A stretch of 64,000 bases of DNA from Yuukianura sp. NJ FZ-2021 (GCA_046563655.1 CM102283.1:3348001-3412000), one strand, 5' to 3'; counted from the stretch's first letter, positions 1 to 12,349 are shown. The notes: generated from the sequence alone by a model not told the origin. Translations and numbers: made by a program.

Positions 1-1168
1 CCCCGTGTAAATCCCAACGGAGAGTCAATCACAGCCACTTTCTACATCACGCATGAGTACAACGACTATAACTTGACACGACAACTGTGGCGTCGTGGCC
101 ATGAAATTGCACTCCACTCAATCACACATCAAACGAACACTAAATACTGGAGAGAGCTGGATGTCGTAGGATGGCGACAGGAAATGATTGATCAGATCAC
201 CATGATGGCACACTGGGCCAACCTCCCCGCAGACGACGTAAGTTTACAAAACTTCAAGTTTACAAAATTTCAAACAAACTTTTCAATAAGTGTTCAAAAT
301 TAAAATCCGAAGGTCAAAGGTCACTGGTTATTTTCTAGATTGTGGGTATGAGAGCTCCGTTTTTGCAAACTGGTGGTGACGTGATGATGACTGCTCTCTA
401 TGGCAACGGTATCCAGTACGACTGTTCTCGTCCAACTTGGCAATACATGGACCCTGGACTGTGGCCATACACAATGGACTATGACACGGAATTCCAGGAT
501 TGTCAAATCCAGCCATGCGCAACAGGATCTTATCCAGGATTCTGGAACGCTCCAATGATCAACCTAGTGGGGGATGATGGATACCCTTGTGCTATGTTGG
601 ATGCTTGCAACTTTGATGAGTAACATTTCCAAAAAATTTCAAATTTTTTTATAATTCTCAAAAAACTGCAATTTTTTTAACTTAGCTCAACCGATCCTGA
701 ATTGGTGCTGGATTTGCTCAGACGCAACTTCCTGCGTAACTACAACGGAAACAGAGCTCCGTTCGGACTTTTTACACACGCTGCATGGCTGAGCGACCAA
801 TTCCCTGGACACAAAGAGGGATACGTTATGTAAGAATTTTGGAATTTTTTTTTTGGAAAATATTCAAATTTTGAAATTTTACACAGAATGTATTTTTTAG
901 GTTTTTGGACTACTTGGCCACTCTACCAGACGTATACATCACGAGTGTAGCCCGAGGGTTGGAGTGGGTTAAATCCCCAACGCCCCTTGCAGATCTGGGT
1001 AATTTCGAACCCTGGAAAGTTGAAGTGTACCCAAATGCTTGTCCCGGGTACAACTGCAGATTTGCACCAGAAGATACACCCATGGGTTCTGAACGGTACA
1101 TGGTTGCATGCAAGAGTTGCCCACGCAAGTACCCGTGGCTTGGAAACCCACTAGGAGAAGACATCTAA
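1..1168 (+). CDS. Chitin deacetylase-like (polysaccharide deacetylase, CE4), 5'-truncated; exons about 1-237, 339-619, 686-829, 901-1168
   Basis: Motifs GHEIALHSITH, GMRAPFL, LWPYT, RAPFGLFTHAAW and C-terminal CKSCPRKYPWLGNP typical of arthropod CDAs; GT-AG introns keep frame. Confidence 0.9.
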
Positions 1169-1512
1169 ACTCTTTTTGAACAACATTTCTCAAATTTTAT
1201 GACATAAAAATTGAAATTTTGAAAGAAAAAAAAAGTTTACCTACGGCTCAATCAGATAAATTTTAACCCTTATAATTTATCAATTTTAATAAGCAATAAA
1301 AATGCTCTTGAAAAAAATTCAAAATTGTCCCGAAATAAAGCGTTTTGGTTTTGTTTGTATTCAGATTTTAAAAATTTAGAAAATTCCTTTAGTTTTTATA
1401 GTAAAGATGCAAATAGTTGAAATTTTGAGAATTGTAGTATGTACTTTTGCAATTGTAACATGAAATTTTGAAAAAAATATTTGATTTGTAACGAGATTTT
1501 GAAAAATTTGAT

Positions 1513-4500
1513 TCAACCGGTTTTTGGAGACGCTGACTTTTGGACGGCTGGTTGCATTTTTTGCTGTGGAGGTTGCATTTTTTGCTGTGCCGGTTGCGTT
1601 TTTTGCTGTGCAGGTTGCGTTTGTTGCGGTTCTTTTCGCATGTTGATGTCCACACTTCCACCGTGCGAATAAAGTCTAAACGTTTTTCGGAAAACATCTC
1701 CAAGGTCCAGCGATCCCTCAACTTTTTCCAATTCGCATTGTGCCGCCACACTTTTTTTGAATTCCTCAAATCTTTCCCGCTCTTCATCCGTCATTTCCGT
1801 TCCTCCACGTAAATCCACGTCTTCTCCCTCAGATACCTCTTGTCTCAACGGATGAAATACTCCATTGTCATCGACGTACCCCAAAATGGTACCTACTGGA
1901 GGTACCTCACCTTCTTTCAGCATGTGAACGGTACCATCAAAAGCTCTGTAAGACATTCGTGCTCCTTCGGGAATACTCTCGTCTTCCTCAACTGGACGGT
2001 ACACCAGCATGGCTCCTTCTGGAATTTCTTCTCCTGGATGTAAAGCGTGGAATTTCATGTCTTTGTCGAGGTACCCAGCTACTCCTTGCAGAATTACGGC
2101 GCCCTCTGGAGGTACCTCACCAGGTTGAAGTTCGTGCCAAACGCCTTCAGAGTCACGGTACCCAAGAGTTGACGGTTTTGCTTCACTTGGACGAAATACG
2201 CCATCTGATTGACGGTACCCAACTTGTACCCCGGCAGGCGGAGTATCTCCAGGTTTCAAAGCGATAAAGTTACCCTCAGCGTCGAGGTACCCGATTTCGA
2301 GGTCGCTCGGTACTGGATGAAACTGGCCATCACTTCCAATGAAACCGGAGGTACCGCCTGGAGGTACCTCGGCTGGCGGAATAACTTCATGAAATACCCC
2401 GTTTTCATCCATGTAACCTCGAACACTTTCTTTTTTCAAGTATTCCGCAATTGTTCCCGCCGAAATCTCTTCGCTCTGATTGGCCGATTCACCATCCATT
2501 TGTTCAACGTTTTCCAAAAGCTGTACTTGTCCAGTTTCGTTCATCATTGCCGCTTTTCCGCCAGGAGGAATTTCTTGACCGTCGTCCAACTGGTGAAAGT
2601 TTCCATCTGCATCGACGTAGCCGCTAGTTCGATTCCCGGTAACGTCGTCATTATTTTTCATGGATTCACGTTCAACCAAAACGACTCTGCCGTCTTCATG
2701 AAGATACACCAAGATAGCACCCTCCGGTAATGATTCTCCATCTTTAAGCTGATGAAATACGCCATCGGTATCAAAATAGCCCAGTACCGCCGAGGTACCG
2801 ACGGCCTTCAGGTCTCCATTGGCCATTCGAATAGCCAATACGCTGCCGCGAGGTAGCTCCTCCCCTTCTTTGAGTTCATGAAATACGCCATTTTCGTCGA
2901 GGTACCCATATGAGCTTCCTTCTGGAAGTGATTCGGTATCCAAATGCGGGTGGATATGGCCAAGAGCGTTTCGTCGTGCCCTGGTACCGCCTGGAGGTAC
3001 CTCTTCTCCGTCCTTGAGTTCATGAAATACTCCATTTTCGTCAATGTACCCAAAAGTGGTACCCCACGGAGAAACGGTATCGTCTGGCATCTTAAAAGCC
3101 AAAGTGGCTCCTGGGGGTAACTCTTCTCCATCTTTCAGTTCGTGAAATTCACCATTTTCGTCGAGGTACCCAGCAACTCTGCCTGGGGCCAGTTTCTTTC
3201 CAAGGCGAATTGGGTACACTTTTCCTTCAGCGTTTCGGTACGCAGCGACTCCTCCTGGAGGTATCTCTTCTCCCGGTTTCAGTTCATGAAATACCCCTTC
3301 GGTATCAATGTACCCTCCAATCACTCCTTCTGGAAGTCTGTTCCACCAATCATCGTCACCCTCTGCCAGACTGATGAGAACTACTTTATTATCAGCTGTT
3401 TCGTAGGCACTGGTACCTCCTTCTGCGATTGCTCCTCCTTGCGGTACCTCGACAAAGGTACCTTCCGGATCGACGTACCCCACATGAGAACCTCGCGGTA
3501 TTTCATATTTTTCAGAGGTAGCAGGTTTTCGACTCATCAACAAAACGGTACCATCAGGGTTCTGGACGGCTCGAAGGGCTTGTTCCGGTAGAGGTACCCC
3601 CGGGAGAAGTTCAAAAAAGTTGTCAAAGTCATCGACGTATCCAAGATGTCCTTCAGGAGTGAGTTGATAAACGGTACCGCCAGGTACTTGGTACGCCACA
3701 ATTTTTGGATTGAATGCCAATCGTGGATCGCCTACGTAAGGACCGATTCCATCAACATTTGCCATTCGTACGCCAATTAAACCACGTAGGACTCCTTCTT
3801 TAACGGCCATTACTGGATGAAATACGCCATCTTTATCGAGGTACCCAATCACAGCGTCTGGTGGAAGAGGGTCACCTAAAAACACAATTTAAAAATTAGG
3901 TACCTCAGAGCTGGACACATTTTGCTACCAAAATGGGTTTCGCAGAATGTCTCGCATTGCCACAAAAACAAATCAAAAACTAGAAATCCAAAACAATAGT
4001 TGGAAAATAACTCAAACTTCGAAACGAAAATTAAAATTCGAGCATTATAAAAACCCAAAACAAAAAATTACTTTGGATGCCTAAAATTTCGAACTTCTTT
4101 GAAACACATTGAACATTTTTTCGTTTTTTAAATGTTTCTACTACTGTTTTGAATTGAAACATTCAACTGATATGAAATAGTTGTGTACCCATGACTGCCG
4201 GGTGAAAAACGCCATTGGCATCCATCCATCCAGGAACGGCTCCTTCTGGAACTTGTGCTCCTGTGCCGAATACCGTTTCAAATAAAGTTTGAAAATCCGG
4301 AAAAAACGGTACCGGTCCAACGTAGTCCTCCGGTATTGCATACTTCGCTTCATCATAGTCTCCAGAACCTGACCCGGCGGACACCGCCTTCGGCCGAGTC
4401 GGTAACTTGCAACACCGTACACAGGAAATGCTCCACTCCTTGTCAGGGTCATTGATATGTGAGGGGTCAACGACCTCGGGGGTCACGGGGTCAATGACCT

Positions 4501-5094
4501 TGTTGTAGTAATCGACATAGTCAATCACAAAGTTCTCATGCACTCTTTTGAGTAAAGATCCTGGTTTGGTGGGGCAACTTAGTCCCAGAAGTGGCGTGGG
4601 GGGTGGGGCTTCTGGTGGGGGCGAGGGGCGGCGGACACATCGAACTGTTTTTGGTGGGTCGTTCAAGCTGACTCGTTTCTTGTGCTGTTTAGTAAAAGGA
4701 AGTTTCCGTGCTTCAACTTTGAATAAGTAGGTGGGGTCAGTGACCTTGGGGTCATGGTTGCCCAGGGGGATGAACTTCATGGACATTTGGAACATGCGGG
4801 CTTCCGGAGTGATGACCTTGGAATAAGACCCCTCGGGGTAAGTCATGCCCTTCACTCGGGGTTTCAAGGTCACGTCGGGAAATAGTGGATGTGGCTTAAC
4901 GAGTAATTCCAAGTCGGCTTCTGTGTAGATTTTTTTGTGTAAAGCGTCATCTTCAGTGTCTAAAAGGCAGAAAAAATTATTGACCTTTGACTTTTCAATG
5001 AAACTAATGTTGACCTGTGACATTTAACTTTAAAAGAAATGTTACCTTGAAATTCATTTTCAATGATTTCAGATTCCAGCGGGAAGAGAGGCAT
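1513..5094 (-). CDS. Uncharacterised protein of about 1060 aa with about 17 GY(L/V)DxxGxFH repeats; exons 5094-5046, 4959-4189, 3875-1513
   Basis: Long ORFs joined by phase-1 GT-AG introns; ATG at 5094 (MPLFPLESE...). Confidence 0.8.
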
Positions 5095-5449
5095 AGTGAA
5101 AAAAGCGGGATTTTTTAAATTAGATTAAAACTTAAATCTCTGGTAGCGTAAATTCTGAATTGCTGATTTAAAAAAATAGTAAATGGGATTTTGAAAATTA
5201 CAAAAAAATTAGCAACCGCATTTTTTCAGAAAAGTTTGAAGTAAATTTTTAAAACGAAGGTCAACAAAACAACAGCGGCAAAAAAAAAACAAGAAGAAAA
5301 TTCTTACACGATTCAAATCTTTGTTTCCAAGGCATAATTTCTTTTTCATAAGCTGCAAAATTTTACTTTTTGAAATCGTTTAAAATTCATGTTCCTTTTG
5401 GAAAAAAAAATCAGTCGACAAAAACTTTGCTGTCCAAACCCCTACTATG

Positions 5450-5600
5450 ATGATGCGGATTTTGAAACAGAGACGAATGAAGCCATAAACAAATTTTCCA
5501 ATTTCCTCCAATTTCCATGTCTACTATTACGGATTTTGAATTTACTCGAACATTGTTAAAATTTTCAAAAGCAATAAACGAAAGTTGAAGGTTTCTCAAA
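5450..5600 (+). pseudogene. Degenerate copy of the EcKinase last exon and 3' end
   Basis: gcggattttgaaaca...aacaaattttccaattt...ctactattacggattttgaatttactcgaacatt matches 50963-51065. Confidence 0.8.
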
Positions 5601-6035
5601 GATAAATTTAGATTTTTGAACCGTTGTCTCCCATCGTCCTTGTGGTGGAATCTACCCAAACTACCGTTTCAAGTAAAATGAAAAGTCGGACAAAGTTTTT
5701 CCAAGTGAAGTTACAAGATTTAACTTCATTTGCATTTGTCAATCCTCCGAGTTGACCAGCAGAAAAGAAAGATTAGAAGATTGAAGTCAATCTTCTAATT
5801 TGCAGAAATTTTGCATAAAACGTCAACAAGGGGAAGTTTCACAGCACGACTTGACGCACACAAGGTAATAACTTTTTTTTTGCAAATAGTTTTTGCTAAA
5901 TTCTTGAAAATTGAAATTTTGAAATCAGTGTGCTGGAGAACACTGGGTCGTCAAGTCTATCTCATTTCCTTCTCGTTATACTCAGCTAACTTTGAAAAAA
6001 ATTAGTAAAATTTGATACAACTCAATATTTCCAAA

Positions 6036-8346
6036 ATGTCAGATCGGGATTTGAACACACCGAAACCAAGGGGCACCGAGGAACAGCCCCGACAATACTT
6101 CGGTGCTTTTTCAGACGCTGAATTTGTCGCTCTTCCGAATCAAGAGGGCCCCACATCGTCATCATCCAAAAAACCGGGAGCCATGACCGAAGCACCTCAA
6201 AAACAGGTAAAATAATAATATAGTCCGACTGATTAGTTAAGATTTGAACTTTTTTTTTCAAAAAGTCAAGAAGTCAAAGCCTGACGCGCCTAAAAGTCAA
6301 AAGCTAAAATAAACTTAATAAGTTCGGTTTCGCGCATTTGCGGATTTTCAGTGCGAATGCACGCTTTTAATGATTTGAAACGGACATCATGTGATGCATT
6401 TGAACAAAACCTCTTGTCTTTTCAAAAAACTTTTCAAATTTTCCCTTTGTTCTAAAAAATCCATTCCGTTCTAAAAGGTTTTCAAGATTTTCAAACGTGT
6501 TTAGAACAGATTTGACCAAAAGCAGTGACAATTTTTCTTCTTCGACCCACTGCGACTCTTTCAAAAATGCAAATTCAGCTAAAAATTTTATTTCCGTCGC
6601 CTGTTTATTGCAAAAAGATGCAGCATGAAATTTTGCCAGAGCCTAAAATTCAAAACCAGTTTTCGAAAAAATGAAATTTTGAAAAAATTTTCAAAGCGAA
6701 GCCAAAGCAAAGCAAAAAAAAAATGAATTTACGTTCTTTCCTGCTGTTTTCAAATAATTTTTTTTAAACTTGGTTTTAGTTAAAAAAAAATACTCAACTT
6801 ATTATTTCAAAATTTGGAAAACATGTCAAAACGTGATTTGCTGGGAAAGTGGGTGCGAGAATTTCAGAATTGTTAACTTCGTTCAAATAAATTTCAAAAG
6901 TGGAGCGTCAAAAGCGTCGTCTTTCGATTGGCCGGTGGTCGAATCTCCACGGGAGCAAAAAATTTTGAAAGTTGCTTCTCGTTTTTAAGGTTGAGATGGC
7001 ATTGATTCCGAATCGGAATCGGTAGCCATCGGAATCGGTTCGTCTCCATCTTCGGTATCGTTCGTACTTCCGAGTCCAAGGATTTCCTGGACTCGTGACA
7101 AGTACGAAAAGTCACGTGCGTTGGGCAGTCCACGCAGAACGCAGGCGGCAAGCGCAGAACGATTCAAATTCATTTGCGCCGCGTCGATCCAGAGATTTTG
7201 GTTGCTGTCGTAGCACTCCACTTACGGAATTGTCGTCGTACCGTTGAAACCTAAAATTTTGAAATTCAAATTTTCAATTTCCCGTGGTTTTTTACCGCCA
7301 CTGACGAAGATCATGTCGTCGACAATTGCAGCAGCAAAGTCGCTTCTTGGACTGGACATGTCTGTGATATACTCCCAGTCACGTAGTGTAGTCGGATCGT
7401 AGGTTTCGGCACTACTAAGGCGGGAAAACCCATTTGAAACCTACCAAATTTTCAAAATTTTGAAAACTTTTGAAATTTTGAAAAATTTAGATTTCGAATC
7501 TACCGCCAATTGCATAGAGTTTGTTTTTGTGAGCTGTGACGACGACGCCGCTTCGCGGGCTTTTCATGGGAAGAATAAAAGTCTATTGGTTTTCCACCGG
7601 ATCAAAAACTTCTACGCTGTTCAAAACTTCTTGACCACTGGAAAATAATCAAAATTTTGAAAACCAAAATTTCAGAATCCAAAATTTCGAAACTCTTTAC
7701 TCTTACTTGAATCCACCAGCCACATAGACTTTGCCGAGCAAAGCGCATGCGCTGGCGTCTGATCGCTGCCGTCTCATTGGTGGACAAACCTCCCACTGAT
7801 TCGTTGGCGGATTGTAGCGCTCAACGGAATTCATTCGAATCCGTCCATTGAATCCACGAAAGATTTTCAAACGTGTTTAGAACAGATTTGACCAAAAGCA
7901 GTAACAATTTTTCCTTTTCAACCCACTGCGACTCTTTCAAAAATGGAAATTCAGCTAAAATTTTATTCCCATCTTCTCTCGATATGCAAAAAAAGCACAG
8001 CATGAAATTTTGCCAAGGCCTAATATTCAAAACAAGTTTGGAATAAATAAATTTTGCAGACTTTTTGAAGCCTTGGTTTTTATTTCAGGGAAACAAGAAA
8101 ACACTGAAGAAGGCACGACGCCTGGCCAAGAGACGTGCCAAATGGATGAACAAGAAGAAAGTGGCAATGGCAGGCATTGAACAGGGAAAGATTGAACTGG
8201 AAGACATGGAAAAAGAAGATCTCGCAATTCGACAGCAGCGTGAAATAGAAGATCTTGAAAGGAAGAAGAAGTGGAAGCTTTTGGAGGAGAAAGTCAGTGA
8301 TTTCAAAAAGGAAGTGGCGAAAGCCGACAAGATCCTGCAAGAATAA
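6036..8346 (+). CDS. Orphan gene A: low-complexity exon plus basic coiled-coil exon; exons 6036-6206 and 8089-8346
   Basis: Phase-0 donor CAG|GTAAAA at 6207 and acceptor TTTCAG| at 8088 join two ORFs in frame; leader and donor context shared with the gene at 61196. Confidence 0.6.
6367..8040 (-). pseudogene. Rearranged inverted copy of EcKinase exon 3 pieces (6367-6660, 7860-8040), the spacer, and the last four KLHL10 exons (6985-7858)
   Basis: Near-identical to 48755-50400 on the opposite strand; introns retained; lacks EcKinase exon 2; no 5' end of either gene. Confidence 0.9.
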
Positions 8347-8730
8347 GCTACATTTCTTAAAAGGTTGCAAGGTTCGTAAACAAAAAATACAAAACTTTTT
8401 CTACACCAGGTTGGTTGTCCAGTAAGTGAAAGTTTTAAAATTTGTTTGTCGAAAAAATTCTGCGTTTCTTTGGTAATTTTTTCAAAAATTCATGTAAGTT
8501 GTAAGTAATACGATTTCATTTTCCATATTCTTCTGATTAAAATTCGTAACCACCTTTTGAGGTGGTTTTTTTTTTGCTTCCAAGGTATAATTTTTTTTCC
8601 GAAGCTGCAAAATTTAACTTTTTGAAATCGTTTAAAATGCATGTTCTATTTTGACAAAAATTCAAAGTGGATAAAAGCTTTTCAAAGACAAAAAAAGATC
8701 AGTGATTAGATTTGCTAAATTTCTGTCCGT

Positions 8731-9473
8731 TCAGAATTTTAATAATCCTGTCCCCCGTCCTGTCGTTTTCGTCTCTCCATCCCGTCCATCCTCCGTCTTT
8801 TTCTGTCCACCTCCACAAATGACCGGTACTAGGACATCTCCTGGCAACTTGTGAGATCCACTGGCCTTGTTGTAGTAGTCCAGAAATGCAATGACCAATT
8901 GCTGGTGATCTTTCTTGACCTGCAGTGGAGCATCGTCCGATGGCCAGTCGAGTGTCACTTGGTCATAGTCTTCGTCTTTTGCTGGGGGCGGAGTCAGTGG
9001 TCTCGGAATGCAGCCAATGGGGTGTCGTTTCTTGGATTTGGACTTGGGAGCGCCCGAGGCGTAGCTCAACTGTCGTCCTTTGACTGCAAACAAGTATGGA
9101 GGATCCGATGGTCCGCCGGTTTCATTCGGAGTGTTGTTGAGCAGTGGGATGAATCGCATGGACGTTTTGAGGACCTTGACATGTCGCTTGGTTCGTTTGT
9201 ACGTGGCGCTGGGACGTGGCAAATTCAAATCTTGTGGGTACTGAAACGGGGGCGGTTGGGGGTGGAAAGTGGGCGTGGCTTCTGGTTGTGCCCTCAGGCG
9301 TTCGATAATTTCGTCCTGCGTTTCTGTCCTGGCTGAAAACATCAAAATTAGCAGTTTTTCGAAATTTGGAAATCATAATTTTTCAAATTTCAAATTTTCA
9401 AATCAAGGTCACGTGGAACTGAAAATTTACCGGTTGGTGGGGGATCCAAATTTTGAGCACCTCCGGGCATCAT
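8731..9473 (-). CDS. Uncharacterised protein, paralogous to the N-terminal domain of the repeat protein at 1513-5094; exons 9473-9431 and 9332-8731
   Basis: Shared blocks SMRFIPL/SMKFIPL, DPPYLFAVKGRQL/DPTYLFKVEARKL, VIAFLDYYNK/VIDYVDYYNK; same phase-1 first intron. Confidence 0.7.
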
Positions 9474-9735
9474 TCCAACTTTTTTCTTGTGTTTGCTCAG
9501 TCGCGGCATTTCGAAAACATAAAAAAATTTTTGGTAACACAAAAAAAAAATTTTAGACCGAAATGTATGAAAATGTGCAAATTATTTTCAAAAAAACTTT
9601 AAAAGGTCAAAATTACGAACAAAACTTGATAAATTATTAAATTATGACATGATTTGTTGTTAGTCAATCTCCTTGTAAAAAAAACTTGTTTACTTTTATC
9701 CCGTCGAAGTTAGAGCGTTTGGAGTGATTTCGTTC

Positions 9736-9749
9736 GTTGCCATGGTGAC
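9736..9749. promoter_or_regulatory. RFX X-box-like element upstream of IFT52 (second weaker site at 9887-9899)
   Basis: GTTGCCATGGTGAC resembles the X-box consensus GTTGCCATGGCAAC and lies about 255 bp before a ciliary gene ATG. Confidence 0.6.
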
Positions 9750-10003
9750 GTTCAAACTTTTCATTCATTTTTCTTTAAAAATTTCGTTTATTGCAAAATC
9801 CTAAACATTAGTATGACGTTTGATATGAAAAGCGTGTAGCCGATAAGCTGTACGTTATGTCACAACAGCGGGTCGATCATTCATGCGTTGCTAAGAAACG
9901 AAAAATTCACACAAAAAAGATTCAGTTCGAACAGAATTGGAATTGGAAAGTCATAGCTTTAGAAAAAATTGGAAAATTTTTGTTAAACTATCGGTTTTAG
10001 AAG

Positions 10004-12224
10004 ATGACCCCGCGACCTACGACCGGAGAGGCCAATGACCTCGGGGTACTGAACATACACTGAAAAATTAGAACTTGCTTACATTGTTTACTTACATCTT
10101 ATATCTTCGCTTACATAATTCTTACATCATTACATAAATGTATAACTGACCTAATTTATGTAGGAATCGACTGGCAGAGGTTCTGGACCAATCAAAATCC
10201 CGCAGGAGCCGTCCGTGCTTTTTGTGGCTTCAAAAAAAGAAACGTTTCGACTTGGAGACAACTACAAAGCCTTTCTCAAAAAACTCAAAACAAGATTCAA
10301 CATCAGAGTGGTCCAGTAAGTAGAATTTCAAAAAATCAAAAATTTTCAAAATTTCAGATTTAATTTTTTAAAAACATTTCTTTTAGAGTAAAGGACGAAC
10401 TCACTTCAGACTTGCTGTCAACTGCTAAGCTTGTGATTGTCGCCGGATCCAAGACGCCGTTCACCTCAATCGAAGTAACGCTGTTAAAAAATTACGTTGA
10501 AAACAACGGCGGCTCCCTATTGGTCCTCGCTGAAGCCAATTCACCCAATCACGTTTACAATGCCATCATCCAGAACCATGGAATGAAAGTGGTCAAAGGT
10601 TAGGACTAAATACCAAACTTTTCAAGTCAAATTTTTCAAAATTTTGAAAATTTTAACTCGTTTTTTTTTAACAAAATGTACAGACTGTGTCATCCGAACT
10701 GTTCACCACAAGTACAACCAACCGAAGGAATGTTACATCCCGAACGCCGTGATTTGTTCGTTGCTTTTGGAGGGAAATTTGAACGAAGACGCGGAAAATT
10801 TGAATTTGCTTTACCCGTTCGGCTGTTCCTTGGAAGTCAATGTCCCTAGTTACCCGGTGGTCGCTAGTGGCTTAACGTCGTATCCAGTCGGACGTCCACT
10901 TGCCGCCTTCTTTCAAACGGAACAAAAACATGGAAAAATCTTCGTTTTCGGAAGCGGATCTGCTTTTAGTGACAAGTAAGTTCGAAGTTCTGACGTTCAG
11001 GGATCACATGCCTTGACAGATAAAGAACGAGAGTATAAAAAAAATAAAGATTCGAGTGGGATTCGACCCCACATCGCTTCTACTCGGGAAGCACTCTAAC
11101 CCTTGACCTGTCAGGCTCCGGTCTACAAACTATCGGGAGACTGGGAGTAGGACTGTTCCCGAACGCCACAAAGTTTGAGGAAAACTCGAATTCCGAATTT
11201 GCCGGGAAATTCTCGTAACAAATTACCGGGAAACTCGAACGACGCATGCTCTGAACCATTTTTTGACTTCTTCTGCGCAGGTACATTGACAAAGAAGACA
11301 ACTCTAAAATGCTGGACTTCATTCTGAATCTTTTGAGCAACGTGACAGACTTTGTGGTCCAACCGTCTGATATCGATGACTCTGACCTCACAGAATACAC
11401 GTACATTTCTGACACGGCAACGGAAGCAGCCAAGGTCAGAGTCTGTCTCCAGGAAAGTGACGACTTCATTATGCCCGGATCTGCAAACCATGTTGGGTAA
11501 ACTTTTCAAAATTTCAAAAAATGTTTCAAAATTTGAAATTTTTAAATTAACCCATTTTCCAGGGTCATTGAACCTACAAGATTGATAGACTCAAAGATGT
11601 ACAGTTTGAATTCAGCGCTTCTGCCGGAAGTGCTTCGATCACACGAGGACCTTGGAATTAAAAAAGGGCCGCTGCGTCTCATCCAGCCCCAATTTGAAAC
11701 GCCGCTGCCTGGACTCAAAGTGGCGGTAAAATTTGAACTTTAAAAAATAAACTTCAAAATTTTGAATTTGAAGATTTTGAAAGGTTTTCCCGCCAAGTTT
11801 TCGAGAGTTACCGCCTCCACCGTTGGAGTTGTTTGACCTGGATGAGGAATTTGCTTCTTCGAAGATCCGTTTGGCCCAAGTGACGAACAAATGTACTGAC
11901 GAAGACCTTGGATTCTACGTTCAATCGCTTGGAGCGATTCTCAACATGCGTTTGAAGGAGGAACAGAAAAACGATCCGAAAGTTATACTGCATTTGCTCC
12001 TGACGGAACTTTCAGAATTCAAGCAATCGGTAGCTTATTAATTTTAAAAAACGATTCTCAATTTGAAAAAAGTTGATTTTGAAAATTTTTGAGTTTTCAA
12101 AAAAATCCCGCTGTTTTGGTAGGAACATAATGGTGACTTTGATAACATCGATGTTTCGCCTTTTGCAACGGAGACTCCTGGATCAGCATTGCATCGAAGT
12201 AGTGCTGGAAGCTTGCGATTTTAG
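10004..12224 (+). CDS. IFT52: Intraflagellar transport protein 52
   Basis: YPFGCSL, RPLAAF, GSGSAFSDKYIDKEDN, PQFETPLP, VFPPSFRELPPPPLELFDLDEEF, RLAQVTNKC; last exon uncertain (alternative stop at 12041). Confidence 0.93.
10985..11119 (-). mobile_element. tRNA-derived SINE-like element, copy 1, in an IFT52 intron
   Basis: Similar to 27765-27900; reverse strand shows degenerate A-box and B-box (GGGTCGAATCCC). Confidence 0.6.
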
Positions 12225-12349
12225 TGTGACGGAAGCCGGAGATATTTTCAAAATCGCTGAAATCGCTGAAAATTGAATAGTACTGGATAGAATTTATTAA
12301 GTTTTGAATGTACAGAAGTAGAATTTAGTGCAAAGTTACGAAGGAATTG

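Noticed and set aside
6985-7858. Independent functional Kelch gene
   Set aside because: No BTB/BACK or start exon, and it is fused out of frame to an EcKL fragment
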